Source: Mizuhopecten yessoensis
Taxonomy: Eukaryota
Direction of reading: 5' to 3'
Assembly (NCBI RefSeq): GCF_002113885.1
Contig: NW_018407357.1
Coordinates: 792,591 to 856,590, forward strand
Length of the DNA stretch: 64,000 nucleotides
Shown: in pieces, positions 52,155 through 64,000 of the stretch
How the letters are laid out: every line of letters starts with the position of its first letter
Numbering within the stretch: the first letter of the stretch is position 1
Position numbers and translations under genes: made by a program
The notes under the pieces: model-generated
Seen by the model: the letters and a program-made list of their open reading frames with translations, nothing else
Database searches by the model: none
What the model was told of the DNA's origin: nothing

Positions 52155-52687
52155 CGAACTTTTGGTAAAAATGACACCCCAATGATCATATATATACGAG
52201 AACGGCGGAAAGCTCTCGATGTCGAAAATTCGACCCACCTAACGTTCTTGCATCAAAACAACATTTCTAGTTGATGTGAGGAAAAATGTTTAGTACTGTT
52301 CGAGAGATGGATAGTATTTCTTTTAAAAACCTCCTATACGCACGTTAAATGTATTCTCCTTCCGCGGACATTATCTCGATTTCCTCCAAAAACAAACGTC
52401 ATTTCCGAGTATCAAAGTTTTTCACAGTCATCGTGCCACTTTTTTGTATATTAATGAAGTTGACCTCAGCCACGTGCCGAACCCGTAGTGTGATTGGTTG
52501 GAAGCGTAGGCATTTTTTCGCTTAACAAACCAACACTGCATGTTTCGGCACGAGGCTGACGTCAACCTCATTAATATACAAAAAGTGGCACGATGACTGC
52601 GAAAAAATTTGAAACTCGGAAATGGCGTGTGTTAGGTAGGCGGACTTTTCGACACCGAGATTGGGGTGTCATTTTTACCAAAAGTCG
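52155..52687. mobile_element. Foldback/palindromic element
   Basis: Outer arms cttttggtaaaaatgacaccccaat / attggggtgtcatttttaccaaaag; inner ~110-bp arms around a short loop at ~52510. Confidence 0.8.
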
Positions 52688-52959
52688 ATCTAAACCCCTA
52701 AAACATGTAAACTTACTATGAACACCTTAGTTTAGGTCCAAATATAACTGTAACAAATTCTCAGGTCCCTGTGGTTCAGATACCGTGCAAATGCAAAGAA
52801 GGGAAAACGAGCGCTGCCAAGTAGTACTGAAGCCTGTCAAAAGAGCGTCCAAGTGATGAGTTGAATCATGATAATGCTTCATCTCACAAAAACAATATTG
52901 TACAGACGCTTTTGAAGCAAGAGAACTTAGCACAGATTGAGCACCAGGTCTATGTGACN

Positions 52960-53360
52960 CTAGGGGCTGTATATCCACCCGAAATGTCAACGAGAGAGCG
53001 GCTAGGGGCTGTATATCCACCCGAAATGTCAACGAGAGAGCGGCTAGGGGCTGTATATCCACCCGAAATGTCAACGAGAGAGCGGCTAGGGGCTGTATAT
53101 CCACCCGAAATGTCAACGAGAGAGCGGCTAGGGGCTGTATATCCACCCGAAATGTCAACGAGAGAGCGGCTAGGGGCTGTATATCCACCCGAAATGTCAA
53201 CGAGAGAGCGGCTAGGGGCTGTATATCCACCCGAAATGTCAACGAGAGAGCGGCTAGGGGCTGTATATCCACCCGAAATGTCAACGAGAGAGCGGCTAGG
53301 GGCTGTATATCCACCCGAAAGTTCAACGAGAGAGCGGCTTGGGGCTGTATATCCACCCGG
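52960..53360. repeat. 42-bp near-perfect minisatellite (ctaggggctgtatatccacccgaaatgtcaacgagagagcgg), ~9.5 copies
   Basis: Direct periodicity. Confidence 0.96.
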
Positions 53361-54437
53361 ATGTAAGCCTGTTTTGTTAATGGATAAATTATTTTTGGTT
53401 GAACTTTGACGACCCCTGCCCAAAATCTAAAATATTTTCCCTCTCCCCATGATCGACACATTAAGGTGGCTTCTTATTACAAGTGAACAATAGGGAGTTG
53501 CTCACGTTATGCTAACTAGTGTGATGTCAATAAAATACATTTGTTTGTGTTTATGTTGCGTTTGACAAAGAATTAGACGATGTGGTGAGGTAGGTCTGAC
53601 ATGTTTACAGATGTGAACACCACGCCTAGGTGTGCAATGTAATGATAGCTGTGGTTTGGTTGACGCCTCGTATGAATACTAAATGAAGCGACGTGCATAC
53701 TAATGCAGTATGTGGTGTAAGGGTCTAATTAGTGTCCCAGACACTTGTGCTCGACAAAGATGTGAAATATGATTAATAACATTGCAATATAGCTAGTCTG
53801 CGTCTCAAACATTCCTCTTTTGGTTACTAATTTGACGGGAATTTCATATAATTATTTAGCAAGGAAAATTGTTTAACCCCGTACAACTTTTTTTACAAGA
53901 TGAGTTAGGTTCTGCTGCAGCAAAAGCCCACTTTCAGTCCAGGAATATATATCTATATTTTTAATATATTGATGTATTGAATATAAGATAAAATGTCTAA
54001 CGATGTACAAGCCCCTAACATTTGATAAATCATTTAGCATGAATTCCCACTACAGGTGAGGAGTTACTCTTACTGAAAAAACCCGGCTGTTGATACCACG
54101 TCTATTCTGTGAATATCGGCGTTTATATATTATATAAGCAATATAGTGTTTAAGCAATGAAATATGTTCATATCACATTAGTCATAATGCAAAAATAAAA
54201 TGCACACACCTCAACTTGACAACTAAAACATTGAATAAATCATAATTTAGTGACCCAAGCTGCAAACAAGGGTGTTTATCATGTGTGGTTCTCTCAACCA
54301 AATACAAACGCCGGTGATATAACCAGGACTTGTGTGCATTATTCAAAGCACATGTTGGACACATGCACCAAAGGTAGACTTATTGTCTTGTCAACGAAAT
54401 CAGGTAAGTCGCTGTGGATAAATTCCATTTGGATTGA

Positions 54438-55231
54438 AGTACATAGCTATACTGATATCACGTGTCTGATTGGTGTTTTACTATATCTGAGGTACAAAAG
54501 CTGTACTGATATCACGTGTCTGATTTGTGTTTTACTATATCTGAGGTACAATAGCTGTACATATATCACGTGTCTGTTGGTGTTTTACTATATCTGAGGT
54601 ACAAAAGCTGTACTGATATCACGTGTCTGATTTGTGTTTTACTATATCTGAGGTACAATGGCTATACTGATATCACGTGTCTGATTGGTGTTTACTATAT
54701 GTGAGGTACAAAAGCTGTACTGATATCACGTGTCTGATTGGTGTTTTACTATATCTGAGGTACAAAAGCTGTACTGATATCAAGTATCTGTTGGTGTTTT
54801 ACTATATCTGAGGTACAATAGCTATACTGATATCACGTGTCTGATTGGTGTTTTATTATATCTGAGGTACACTAGCTATACTGATATCACGTGTCTGATT
54901 GGTGATTTACTATATCTGAGGTACACTAGCTATACTGATATCACGTGTCTGATTGGTGTTTACTATATGTGAGGTACAAAAGCTGTACTGATATAACGTG
55001 TATGATTGGTGTTTTACTATATCTGAGGTACAATAGCTGTACTGATATCACATGTCTGATTATATGTTACTCTATCTGAGGTACAATAGCTGTACTGATA
55101 TCACATGTCTGATTGGTGTTTTACTATATCTAAGGTACAATAGCTATACTGATATCACGTGTCTGTTGGTGTTTTACTATATCTGAGGTACAATAGCTAT
55201 ACTGATGTCACATGTCTGATTGGTGATTTAC
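54438..55231. repeat. 54-bp satellite (ctgaggtacaatagctatactgatatcacgtgtctgattggtgttttactatat); resumes at 61914-62020
   Basis: ctgagg at 54487, 54541...; both pieces abut single-N joins. Confidence 0.95.
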
Positions 55232-56971
55232 NTAGTTTAGGTCCAAATATAACTGTAACAAATTCTCAGGTCCCTGTGGTTCAGATACCGTGCAAATGCA
55301 AAGAAGGGAAAACGAGCGCTGCCAAGTAGTACTGAAGCCTGTCAAAAGAGCGTCCAAGTGATGAGTTGAATCATGATAATGCTTCATCTCACAAAAACAA
55401 TATTGTACAGACGCTTTTGAAGCAAGAGAACTTAGCACAGATTGAGCACCAGGTCTATGTGACCTGTTTCATTTACCAAATGAAATGCTTTCTGGGAAAC
55501 GTTATGCCTCTAGTGGTGCTCTGGGAAGTGCAATAGGGGGAGACTACCATCGCGCAGCGTTTACGTCATGGATAGCGTGGTTTCGAAAGTGCGTTTATGC
55601 TAAGGGGGATACTTCGAAAGATTGCAATAGAAACATAAAACTATACACTTCACGTGATTTCTGACACGAGTGACGGAATTATTTGAATAGCCCTCGTAAC
55701 ACAAGTCTTAAGATCAAATGTACCATCATCAGTTATAATCGCTTAAAAGAGGCCTTTAAGGTAAAGGTCTCGAGTTCGAACCCTGTAGTTTTCCTACTTT
55801 CATTTTCACTTTATTTTTTTTACTTTCAACTTTCAAACAACAATAATTCTGTAAAATCCATTGCAACATGTGCTTTTTATGGACCAATTCTTTTAAAGGA
55901 CTTAAATATTGCACAATCTGGTAGTGATACAATTTAGCTTAACGTGTTGCTACCATCAATATTATTTCTTTCCCTACAATATCCACAGATTGTATGTTTC
56001 TGAGAGCTGTAACGAACTGCTTTCGTTTGCTCTGTGCCTGGCAATCGGGAACCAAGTTGTGGGATGAGCATTATTCATCGGCTTCGGAGACTTTATATTC
56101 ATGCGACGGGCATCTTGTCCCTGATCATTCCATACATCGCACCTTTCTGTTCAATTTTCCAGAAGTATCAAGTATGTTTCGGATAGGAGAATTACAAATA
56201 TTCAATAGTTATAATGTAAATATAGCAAAAATCAGCTTTATTGGAATTGAGTCTCTGTGACCTATTTTTTTGCTATAGACCCACATTTTACATTTTTTCA
56301 ATTTTATCATCAATCCAATATGGGGAAAAAAAGATGCAGGCCTTCAATCGCAGATATGCCATTTTCTCCTCTGTCAAGTGGTGAAACGGTTTAGTTTTTA
56401 ACTTGACAATTGATGTCGGTATGACCCAAAGGTACCATCATGCAAAAATAAATAATCATTATTGAGGGGTCGTAGTGAACATTTTATGGAATAAATTGGA
56501 GAGGAGATTGCACAGTCAACTTAACCCCTATCCCCAAACCACCTCTCTTAGCTTGCCGATTCTCTCACTCAATATCGACATCCGTATGAGACAAATGAGT
56601 GACCATGAGAACTCTGTACAGCGAGAAATAACAGCTGTCTTAGCAACAAGAGACGACCAAACGCGTTCCTACCTGATGGTATTCCTGTTTTGAATAACAA
56701 GAGGTACCAAGAACTTTCTTACAGTTCACTCTGTGTTGATGGTTGAAGACTTCAAAGTTTAAATGGCTGTATCTAAAATAATGAAATAACATCTGCGAAG
56801 TTAAATTTTACCATTCAATTTGAACTGACACTTCTCATTCAGTTTGTTATAGGAATGCGAGGAACTCGTGCATATAGGTGTATCTTACGTCTTAACACAT
56901 GGTCACACTTTAGGATGAATTCAGCACATTTAATTAATAAATAGTTACAATTTTGTTACATTGCTGGGGAG

Positions 56972-58075
56972 TCATCTTCGTAGATCAGTTGGGGTTTTAC
57001 AGATGGTTACATTGGGTGATCCAAAGAACCACTGATGGATATCGTCATACAATCTACGATACCGTGTGTAGACATCGGGCCGGTGCATTCGATTACAAAG
57101 CTCACAGAACGAGTAATAAGCATCAGATCGAGGCTGGTAATGTCTTCTCCATTTGAAATACTTTAAATATAATGTTTCGTTTTTGTTGAGGTGATTTAAA
57201 AAATGTCCTAGTTGGTCAATGTTTTTGTAATTACTGGTATCTATAAATGACTCCGGCGGTAGATATAAGGAATAATGTCCACCAATACCACGGGTTATGG
57301 GAACAGTGTCAAATTCATTTTGAAATATTTTAAAAGTCTTTTCCGTGATGTAATCCCTACATAAGGAGTTTTCAAATGACAAATAAAACTTGTATGGCGT
57401 TAGACATCCGTGTTCCTTACCCCTAGCACACCTACTGGTACCACAAACTCCAAATATATCTACAGCATGCGTGTTTCTGAGAGCTGTTACGTACTCCTTT
57501 CTTTTGCTCTGTGTCTGACAATGGGAAACAAACCAAGCTGTGGGATGAGCTTTATTCTTCGGCTTAGGAGGCATTGTCGAATTGTGTACAGATGCAAATT
57601 TAAATGTTGTGTTTGGTAGCCGCGCTGACGGGTTAGGAACAGTTCGGAACTCTCCGTACATATGAGGAAAATCCGAATCTCTGCGATACGTCATTGTCCA
57701 ATTAAAAAGTCTCTTCCATTTTTGGATATGATTGTGCTGTGGTGGTGCCTCTTTACCATGAAGAACCCATATTTGTCCTCGTCTCTTCTTCACCGGTTTT
57801 GGACCAAGACGTGGGCCGAAGAAAATCACCACATCTTTATCGTAATAGTCCTGACCTCGTCCAACCGACATAGAACAGTTACTTGGACATCCTCGGAACA
57901 CGTTGTATCTGCTGAACCATTCGGGAGGGTTGTAAAAGTGCATATGAACTTGCCGTGGTTGTGGCATTCCATGGACTGACATCATTTTTGGGAGGACTGA
58001 CATGCCCTCCGACTCTATAATGATGTATGTTAGTACAGAAGAGGCAATGAAGATCATCAACAAAACCGTAGCCAT
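56972..58075 (-). CDS. Alpha-1,3-fucosyltransferase (glycosyltransferase family 10), type II membrane protein, single coding exon
   Basis: 367-aa ORF; N-terminal TM anchor; Glyco_tran_10_N-type motifs EAP and FNWTMTYRRDSD; AWFVSHC; signature YKFYLSFENSLCRDYITEK; FCELC. Acceptor tttcag just upstream (exon starts at 58082). Confidence 0.96.
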   Translation of the reverse strand: MATVLLMIFIASSVLTYIIIESEGMSVLPKMMSVHGMPQPRQVHMHFYNPPEWFSRYNVFRGCPSNCSMSVGRGQDYYDKDVVIFFGPRLGPKPVKKRRGQIWVLHGKEAPPQHNHIQKWKRLFNWTMTYRRDSDFPHMYGEFRTVPNPSARLPNTTFKFASVHNSTMPPKPKNKAHPTAWFVSHCQTQSKRKEYVTALRNTHAVDIFGVCGTSRCARGKEHGCLTPYKFYLSFENSLCRDYITEKTFKIFQNEFDTVPITRGIGGHYSLYLPPESFIDTSNYKNIDQLGHFLNHLNKNETLYLKYFKWRRHYQPRSDAYYSFCELCNRMHRPDVYTRYRRLYDDIHQWFFGSPNVTICKTPTDLRR

Positions 58076-58914
58076 AACAAACCTGAAAATATAAAGTAAA
58101 GACAGATTTTAATATCGTATAACGTAAAGCTATGTTCATTAGTTTCCTATGTCCTTAATATTTTAAGAAAAAAAAAAAATCGCTACTATCGACATGCTAC
58201 ACTATTGTTTCTCCTGATTTAACAGATTGATAGATGGCACAACCTCGGATTTGTCGATTATCATGTATAACTCGAACTCATGATGTGGACCCCTCTGGTT
58301 CGTGTTAACGAGGTTTTACCATATACGTGGGAGACTGGATGGATAAGTAAGGTACCAAGGATCTCTACTACTGCACTGCCGTTTTTCCTGTATATGGTAG
58401 CCATCCCCCTTTACCGCCGTTTGGATATATCTGTAACACATTTGAGTTTGTAAACTTCCGTTGTCCATGTAGCTCAACCGCTTTCACTGATGGTATCGTA
58501 ACATCTGAGGTACAGAGTTTGAATCTCGGTTCGGAACCGCAGAATATTTCAAACTCAGAACACGTTTGTCGATTATTTTTTGTCTATTTTATCTCCATTA
58601 TGCTTGAATACTTGAAACTACATTACACTTAATTGAGGGTCTTATTCTGCTCTTGTAACTATGCCTGGCATTTTTCACCTGTGAGACAGAATACATAAAT
58701 GTTAGCCTATATCTGCTCGCCAATACTTAACATGATCTTCGACATCAGTATTTTATGGAAATCCTCGTGATATAATTTCATATTTTATACACTATATACA
58801 ACTGTATAAGATTGGAGAAAAGGGTGTACCCTTCAGATTGAATTTTGTAAAATAGGGTAGTTGATGTGACAATAAGGATTTATAAACAGGTGAATTGTGT
58901 TGCTTTTTGATGAA

Positions 58915-59985
58915 GATCATATAGGGTAACAGGAGACATACTTAATTGTGTTAATACCGATCATATAGAGTAACAAGGTTAAAAGAGACATACTAAGTTG
59001 TGTTAATACCTCTCATATCGAGTAAAAAGGTTAAAGGAGATATACTAAGTTGTGTTAATACCGATCATATAGAGTAACAAGGTTTAAGGAGACGTACTTA
59101 GCTGTGTTAATACCGATCATATACAGTAACAAGGTTAAAGGAGACATACTAAGTTGTGTTAATACCGACGATATAGAGTAACAAGGTTAAAGGAGATATA
59201 CTAAGTTGTGTTAATACCGATCATATATAGTAACAAGGTTTAAGGAGACGTACTTAGTTGTGTTAATACCGATCATATACAGTAACAAGGTTTAAGGAGA
59301 CGTACTTAGTTGTGTTAATACCGATCATACAGAGTAACAAGGTTAAAGGAGAAATACGAAGTTGTGTTAATACCTCTCATACAGAGTAACAAGGTTAAAA
59401 GAGAAATACGAAGTTGTGTTAATACCGATCATATACAGTAACAAGGTTTCAGGAGACGTACTTAGTTGGGTTAATACCGATCATACGGAGTAACAAGGTT
59501 AAAGTAGACATACTAAGTCGTGCTAATACCGATCATATAAAGTAACAAGGTTAAAGGTGACATACTAAGTGGTGTCAATACCGATCATATACAGTAACAA
59601 GGTTAAAGGAGATATACTTAGCTGTGTTAATACCGATCATACGGAGTAACAAGGTTAAAGGAGCCATACTAAGTGGTGTCAATACCGATCATATATAGTA
59701 ACAAGGTTTAAGGAGACGTACTTAGTTGGGTTAATACCGATCATATAAAGTAACAAGGTTAAAAGTGACATACTTAGTCCTGTCAATACCGATCATACAC
59801 AGTAACAAGGTTAAAGGAGACAAACTAAGTTGTATTAATACCGATCATACCGAGTAACAAGGTTAAAAGTGACATACTTAGTCCTGTCAATACCGATCAT
59901 ACAGAATAACAAGGTTAAGGGAGACATACTATGTTGTGTTAATACCGATCATATAAAGTAACAAGGTTAAAGGAAACATACTAAA
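58915..59985. repeat. 52-bp satellite (taccgatcatatagagtaacaaggttaaaggagacatactaagttgtgttaa)
   Basis: taccgatc at 59059, 59111... Confidence 0.95.
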
Positions 59986-60069
59986 TAAAAACATAAAAAA
60001 AAATCGTATAATAATGTCGTGAAGGGCTACAATTCCTTCTATCGAAATTACAATTCTCTACCAACTTAC

Positions 60070-60290
60070 CTATCCCTGCAAAATACTAGCGTGTCCATGT
60101 TTTCTGTATTGTTATATATGTGGTGTAACTATTCACACTTGGGTGACAATAGCACAGCCTGTTACATCTCTAGCAAAGCATTGATCTCCCTCTGATTTCA
60201 CATACAGTTTTGATACCTTTTTCACAGGAAACGTGTATGTGTGTACCGACCGTCAATATGACGTGATGACAATATTGTCTTATAAAGGTA
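60070..60290 (-). promoter_or_regulatory. Candidate 5'-UTR exon and promoter of the fucosyltransferase
   Basis: Donor ag|gtaagt at 60070; TATA-like tttataag and CRE-like tgacgtga at ~60259-60288. Confidence 0.4.
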
Positions 60291-60594
60291 GTTAGCCTGT
60301 ATAAACAAAGCTTGCCTAAACCTATCGATCATTAACATATTGCTAAACATTGTTTTATCTACTGTTGTGATCAAATCTATTTAAAGTCAGGTCCTTGTAA
60401 TCCAATACACGTTTAAAAATGTAACGACAAGCTCCCCAACGACTCCACAGACAGAATGATTTGTATTTACACAATTTGGTAAAATCATACTGGCTTTTAA
60501 CACTGACAGATAAAGGACAATGGACAATAGAGCATCTCGTGGTTTGTTTATAACTGACACATTAATGGTCAACAATGAAGGGTACATACGTTAT

Positions 60595-61912
60595 GTGTTG
60601 AGTTAATACCGATCATACAGAATAACAAGGTTAAGGGAGACATACTATGTTGTGTTAATACCGATCATACAGAGTAACAAGGGTAAATGAGACATACTAA
60701 GTTGTGCTAACAGCGATCATAAAGAGTAACAAGGTTAAGGGAGACATCCGTTGTGGTGTTAATACCGATCATACAGAGTAACAAGGTCAACGGAGACATA
60801 CTAAGTGTTGTTAATAACAATCATATAAAGTAACAAGGTTAAAGTAGACATACTAAGTCGTGCTAATACCGATCATATAGAGTAACAAGGTTAAAAGACA
60901 CATACTAAATGGTGTTAATACCAATCATATCGAGTAACAAGGTTAAAGGAGAAATACTAAATGGTGTTAATACCGATCATAGAGAGTTACAAGGTTAAAG
61001 GAGGCATTCTAGGTGGTGTTAATACCAATCATATAGAGTAACAAGGTTAAAGGAGACATACTAAGTTGTGTTTATACAGATCATACAGAGTAACAAGGTT
61101 AAAGGTGACATACTAAGTGGTGTTAATACCGAGCATACAGAGTAAGAAGGTTAAAGGTGACATACTAAGTTGTGTTTATACCGATCATATAGAGTAACAA
61201 GGTTAAAGGAGGCATTTTTGGTGGGGTTAATACCAATCATATAGCGTAACAAGGTTAAAAGATACATACTAAGTTGTGTTAATACCGATCATATAGAGTA
61301 ACAAGGTTAAAGGAGGCATTTTTGGTGGTGTTAATACCAATCATATAGCGTAACAAGGTTAAAGGATACATACTAAGTTGTGTTAATACCGATCATACAG
61401 AGTAACAAGGTTAAAGGTGACATACTAAGTGGTGTTAATACCGATCATACATAGTAGCAAGGTTAAAGGAGACATACTAAGTGGTGTTAATACCGATCAT
61501 ACAGCGTAACAAGGTTAAGGGAACATACTTAATTGTGTTAATACCGATCATACAGAGTAACAAGGTTAAAGGAAACATACTAAGTTGTGTAAATTACAAT
61601 CATATAGAGTAACAAGATTAAAGTAGACATACTAAGTTGTGTTAATACCGATCATACAGAGTAACAAGGTTAAAGGAGACAAACTAAGTTGTATTAATAC
61701 CGATCATAGAGAGTTACAAGGATAAAGGTGACATACTAAGTGGTGTTAATACCGATCATACAGAGTAACAAGGATAAAGGTGACATACTAAGTTGTGTTA
61801 ATACCGAGCATACAGAGTAACAAGGATAAAGGTGACATACTAAGTTGTGTTAATACCGAGTATATAGAGTAACAAGGTTAAAGGTGACATACTAAGTAGT
61901 GTTAATACCGAG
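60595..61912. repeat. Second array of the 52-bp satellite
   Basis: Same unit as 58915-59985. Confidence 0.95.
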
Positions 61913-62329
61913 NACTGATGTCACATGTCTGATTGGTGTTTTACTATATCTGAGGTACACTAACTTTACTGATATCACGTGTCTGATTGGTGTTTTACGA
62001 TATCTGAGGTACACTACTTATACAACTTACATATGTTATGTGATTTTTAGTTTTATATCTGCCCCGCGCGTATGGAGTTATCAAGTCCCAGTTGATTAAC
62101 TTATGTTGAACATTTGTATTTTGTAAGTATCAGGATTTTTTTGAAAGATGGTTCCTATTAAACAATAAATTAAACAGCTTAGGTTTTTCAACCGGACAAT
62201 CTTCAATCTGCAATAAGGACTTACAGGCTTGTGTTCACGGATGTCAACATGACCTGGATTCCATCAATAAGATTCATCAGTTTGGGAAAATATGTGTTTC
62301 AACATTTTACTTTTAAACAAACAATATAC

Positions 62330-63350
62330 GTGTTAACATGATGCAACGTTTTAAGACCAACTCGTTTTTTTCTCAGGCATAGACTGAGCTAACGATGTAC
62401 ACCGTTTACCTTTCGTACGATGTTACGATATTATTAACTGTTTAGTCGGTCGTCTAAGGGCACTCCGTCTACCGATATATACGGTGCCTTATGATTACAA
62501 TCCCTAATACTGGAAACTATACGCAGATGACATATTAGAAATAGCCGAAAAAGATGCAGTGGAGTGTTTAACAGACCAACCCTACTGAGTGGATAAACAC
62601 ACTTAAATAAAATCTACCCACGAGGAGGAGCAAAACGGATCCATAGTGTTTATAACGAAGAGAAAAATGGTACCATCAAACTGTTCATTAAAATCTACAC
62701 ATGCAGAAATCAAGAAATCTGGAGGGGAAAAAACAAAACAGAAAAGGCGAATTCCATTGCTGTGACCACCCACCCGGGCTTGTCTATAAACCAAGTGACG
62801 AGGGCAATAAAACAGAGAGCAGAGAGGGGAACAAATCCGAAACAACAATTCAGCCAAACTCAAGATAACGTTCAAAGGCTGGGTCACAATCCCATACGTG
62901 AAAAGGATATCTGAAGCACTTCCTCTACTTATGAATAAACACCAGTTCTTCACCCCGAAGAGAACCTTGACGTCAGTCAGACAGGTACATGTGCATCAGA
63001 AGGATAAGAATAACGTTCTAGAAACAGTAGTAAGGTATATACCAAATCCATGAACGAACTGTAAGCAATCTTACATAGACAGACACTGGGAGAAACCCAC
63101 CTCAAAGATCGTTGAAAAGAGGCAGATCAACAACACCAATTTCTGTAGTATTACACGAAAACAATCCATAAAGCAGTGCAACGAATCGGCAATTGCAAAT
63201 TATATCGTTGATTGAACTAACACAAATCATACAAATTGGTTGGGAAAAACATATCGAAACCAGGCAAAGAGGCAAAACAAATCTGGAGAACACAACGCAT
63301 ACACGAAAACGAAGGGCAACAGCTAAGCCATCCACTCCTGACTATAACGG
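62330..63350 (+). mobile_element. Degenerate Penelope-like retroelement (RT C-terminus + GIY-YIG endonuclease)
   Basis: Fragments YWKLYADDILEI, IKSTHEEEQNGS, VTIPYVKRISEAL, VHQKDK, GIYQI..NCKQSYI..TGR; many stops and frameshifts. Confidence 0.8.
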
Positions 63351-64000
63351 TACTAATCTCGTAACATCGTACAGCAGGTGAACAGTGAAGCTGTGTAAGC
63401 TTAGACGGCCGACTAGCCAGCTAATAGTCTCGTAACATCGTACGACAGGTGAACAGTGACAACGCCCCTTCAATCTAAGCGTGAGAAAAACACCAGTCGG
63501 CCTTCAAACGCTGTGACACGTTCACACGTAAATTGTTTGTGTAAAAAGTAGAACATCGGTACATGAGGGGTTTAAGAATGTTTAGTCTGTTGTTGATCTT
63601 CTGTGAGCGACATAAGTGGCAGGTGCTACGTACGATATCAGGACTAGTCTAACATGTATTGAATAAAATACGGAAAATCTTCCAGGGCACTGTGTTTCAC
63701 CACTTTATTCTTCTTCTTTTTTTCTATTCATTATTTTTTGCTGTTTCTTGGTTTCTGTTGTTTCGTCTTCTCGTGTTTACTTCAAATTTGTGTTACTTTG
63801 ATGTTTGCATTTTTCGTATAATTTATACAGATATATGGGTTAATTTGTTATAATCCATATCTGTTAAAGTCGGCAAGATTGAATGTCGCTCATTTGAGGT
63901 GTCAAGGTATAAACATCTATTTATGCATAGAATTAAGAGTGTTTCAGCGTGGAAGGACCGCTAGATGGATCGTGTTATTGTATACAATTAAAACTTTGAC

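Noticed and set aside
52727-53461. Three overlapping ORFs of 157-244 aa
   Set aside because: Derived from the 42-bp minisatellite and cross an N join.
6880-61912. Tandem arrays as CRISPR arrays
   Set aside because: Head-to-tail units with no unique spacers, no cas genes, eukaryotic context.

Overview
AT-rich, repeat-dense eukaryotic scaffold, probably a bivalve mollusc (inferred from the SINE, Helentron-MITE and satellite content). It has two N-gaps and three single-N joins. One ordinary host gene is present: a GT10 alpha-1,3-fucosyltransferase at 56972-58075 (-). There are about 10 satellite arrays, a degenerate CR1/L2-type LINE, Penelope-like fragments, SINEs and MITEs. The main find is a ~20.6 kb element (30116-50682) bounded by imperfect 22-bp CAC-starting terminal inverted repeats and TGTGAC-motif arrays, apparently inserted in the 5' end of the LINE. 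No DDE transposase is visible in it. On the minus strand it carries (i) a spliced tyrosine-recombinase gene, open across the 7 exons I could trace (zinc fingers, YR core, Myb-like tail), and (ii) upstream, a spliced PWWP-like + BRCA1-type tandem BRCT module whose intron positions match those I recall for BRCA1. The ORF track largely misses these genes because they are split into short exons.
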